In this document: positions 6,340 to 7,937 of the stretch, in pieces | How positions within the stretch are numbered: position 1 is the stretch's first letter | How the letters are laid out: every line of letters begins with the position of its first letter | NCBI RefSeq assembly: GCF_006345805.1 | Contig: NW_021828645.1 | Span: 1-7,937 of the forward strand | Origin: Octopus sinensis | Taxonomy: Eukaryota | Reading direction: 5' to 3' | Length of the DNA: 7,937 nt | Notes under the pieces: generated by a model | Told to the model about the DNA's origin: nothing | The model's database searches: none | Seen by the model: only the letters and a program-made list of their open reading frames with translations | Translations under genes and position numbers: made by a program

Positions 6340-6574
6340 CGACGACGACGACAATGATGATGGTGATGACGACGACGACGACAATGATGATGGTGATGAT
6401 GATGATGATGATGATGAATACGATGAGGGTAGTGGTGGTGGTAGTTGTGGTGATAGCAGTGATTGTGTTGGCGTTTGTGATAAATGCAATAATGATGCTA
6501 ATGAAATCGATGATGATGACGACAATGATGATGATGATGATGATAGTGATAGCAATAGTAGTAGTAGTAGTAGC

Positions 6575-6617
<43 letters not shown>

Positions 6618-6649
6618 TAGTAGTAGTAGTAGTGGTAGTAGTAGTAGTA
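6230..6649. repeat. Compound trinucleotide tract (GAT/GAC), (GGT), (GAT), (AGT)
   Basis: Direct reading; explains ORFs 6225-6620 and 6256-6729. Confidence 0.96.
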
Positions 6650-6882
6650 GGCGGTGAGCTGGCAGAAACGTTAGCACGCCGGGCGAAATGCTTAGCAGTA
6701 TTTCGTGTGCCGTTACGTTCTGAGTTCAAATCCGCCGAGGTTGACTTTGCCTTTCATCCTTCAGGGGTCGATAAATTAGTACCAGTTACACACTGGGGTC
6801 GATGTAATCGACTTATCCCTTGTCTGTCCTTGTTTGTCCTCCTCTGTGTTTAGCGCCCTTGTGGGTTAGTAAGAAAGAATAG
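6650..6882 (+). mobile_element. tRNA-derived SINE, family B, apparently full length, embedded in (TAG)n
   Basis: GGCGGTGAGCTGGCAGAAACGTTAGC head, B box GAGTTCAAATCC (6722-6733), core GCCTTTCATCCTTCAGGGGTCGATAAATTAGTACCAG, hairpin GTCGAT-GTA-ATCGAC (6798-6812), and tail ...CCCTTGTGGGTTAGTAAGAAAGAATAG. Homologous in inverted orientation to 948-1141. Confidence 0.88.
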
Positions 6883-6995
6883 GTAGTAGTAGTTAGTAGT
6901 AGTAGTAGTAGTAGTAGTAGTGTAGTAGGTAGTAGTAGCAGCAGCAGCAGCAGCTGAAGAAGTAGAAGTGTTGGTGGTGGTGGTGATGTTGGTGA

Positions 6996-7036
<41 letters not shown>

Positions 7037-7040
7037 ATGA
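6883..7040. repeat. Compound trinucleotide tract (TAG), (CAG), (GAA), (GGT), (TAG)
   Basis: Direct reading. Confidence 0.96.
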
Positions 7041-7173
7041 CGTTTGTAATTGACGGCGGTAATGATAACAGAACAGATGTAGAGGTTGGTTTTCTTTCTC
7101 TGCCCACTTCCACGCTGGCCTAGCAAGACGAGTTTCAAGGAATCGTATCTTTTTTTAATGCAGTCAGAGTAAA

Positions 7174-7561
7174 TCTTTATATATAAAAGTCAAGTTGTGT
7201 GTCTGTCTCCTACGATTTAGATTCCTAACTACTCCCACATTTTGCGGTGCAGTTTAACCAAAACCGGGTATCTTATAGTCGTGATTCATATCGAGCCTTC
7301 AGGGTATTAGCGCGCGTCGACGAGAGTCTACGATTTAAAAAAAAATTACCATCATTTTTTCCATTTTTAATGCATTTTTTCGCTATTATATAAAGGAAGT
7401 AACTCTCTAAAAATGTCTACGATGAGTCAACGATTAAAAAAAAAAATTACCATCATTTTTTATTCCATTTTTAATGCATTTTTTTTTTGCTATAACTCTC
7501 TAAAAATGCTTATATAGTTATTTCCCTTACAAACCCGAGCAACGCCGGGCGATACTGCTAG
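7174..7561 (+). mobile_element. Non-autonomous Helitron H2, 388 bp
   Basis: 5' end A|TCTTTATATATAAAAGTCAAGTTGTGTGTCTGTCT (TC at 7174-7175). 3' end has hairpin CCCGAGC-AAC-GCCGGG (7534-7549), an 8-nt spacer, and CTAG (7558-7561) followed by T. A|T target and no TSD. The 5' terminus and the GCAACG loop motif are shared with H1. Confidence 0.88.
7316..7508. repeat. Tandem dimer (~99 and ~94 bp units) inside Helitron H2
   Basis: Units start GTCGACGAGAGTCTACGATTTAAAA (7316) and GTCTACGATGAGTCAACGATTAAAA (7415). Both contain TTACCATCATTTTTT..CCATTTTTAATGCATTTTTT..GCTA..TAACTCTCTAAAAATG. Unit 2 lacks the TATATAAAGGAAG segment. Confidence 0.92.
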
Positions 7562-7589
7562 TATATATCTAAGAAGTGGTTGTCATTTG

Positions 7590-7815
7590 CTGGAATGATG
7601 ATGGTGAACATATTGATGGGGATGATGATGATGATGATGCTGACAATGTAACTGACGTTGATGATCGTGGTGGAGGTGGTGGTAATGACGGCGGAGATGG
7701 TTATAACGATTATGATAGTAATGATGACGAAAACTGCAACAAATTTCCCAGCATAGTTTGGTTATATTGTTGTTGTTACTGTTGTTCATGACATTTATTA
7801 TTGTTGTTGCTGCTG
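7590..7815. repeat. Degenerate (GAT/GGT) tract followed by (TTG)n
   Basis: GATGATGGTGAAC...GATGATGATGATGATGATGCTGAC...GGTGGAGGTGGTGGT...TTGTTGTTG. Confidence 0.85.
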
Positions 7816-7827
7816 AATAAATTGAAG

Positions 7828-7937
7828 TACTCTTTTTACTCTTTTACTTGTTTCAGTCATTTGACTGTGGCCATGCTGGAGCACCGCCTTTAGTCGAGCA
7901 AATCGACCCCAGAACTTATTCTTTGTAAGCCCAGTAC
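7828..7937 (-). mobile_element. tRNA-derived SINE family A, 3' portion (cut by window edge)
   Basis: TACTCTTTTTACTCTTTTACTTGTTTCAGTCATTTGACTGTGGCCATGCTGGAGCACC... aligns with 2-114 with roughly ten substitutions plus small indels (counted by eye). Confidence 0.92.

Noticed and set aside
7583-7789. His-rich minus-strand ORF as a cephalopod histidine-rich structural protein
   Set aside because: It has no signal peptide or Gly/Ala-His modular motifs and is simply the complement of a degenerate GAT/GGT tract.
178-7791. All 30 ORFs in the supplied six-frame track as genes
   Set aside because: Nearly all are translations of microsatellites (poly-Y, L, E, R, T, M, D, YI, CV, YVCM) or of SINE/Helitron sequence. 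Many start at non-ATG codons, overlap on both strands and show no domain-like sequence.
2-7937. The two family-A copies as LTRs of a 7.9-kb retrotransposon
   Set aside because: They have SINE tails and a Pol III head, no TG...CA ends and no PBS/PPT, there is no gag/pol between them, and they are too diverged.

Overview
AT-rich, repeat-saturated, apparently non-coding (intergenic or intronic) animal DNA. The SINE set and the extreme microsatellite load match my recollection of Octopus genomes; this taxon call is inference and was not verified by a search. The window holds six copies or fragments of tRNA-derived SINEs from about four families (A: 2-427 minus and 7828-7937 minus; B: 948-1141 minus and 6650-6882 plus; C: 1238-~1414 plus; D: 5273-5610 plus). 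It also holds two non-autonomous Helitrons with canonical A|TC...hairpin-CTAG|T structure (4023-4894 minus; 7174-7561 plus), each with an internal tandem dimer, and many compound di-, tri- and tetranucleotide repeats. All ORFs in the supplied track are best explained as read-throughs of microsatellites or SINEs, and no protein-coding gene is recognisable. One weak 91-nt exon candidate (3630-3720) sits in the longest unique stretch. The most interesting observations are a Helitron 3' end that is valid on both strands, modular sharing of heads, cores and tail hairpins among the SINE families, long-range inverted repeat pairs that could form dsRNA (possible ADAR substrates), and higher-order repeats arising inside microsatellites and Helitrons. 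I found no convincing evidence of a new gene system.
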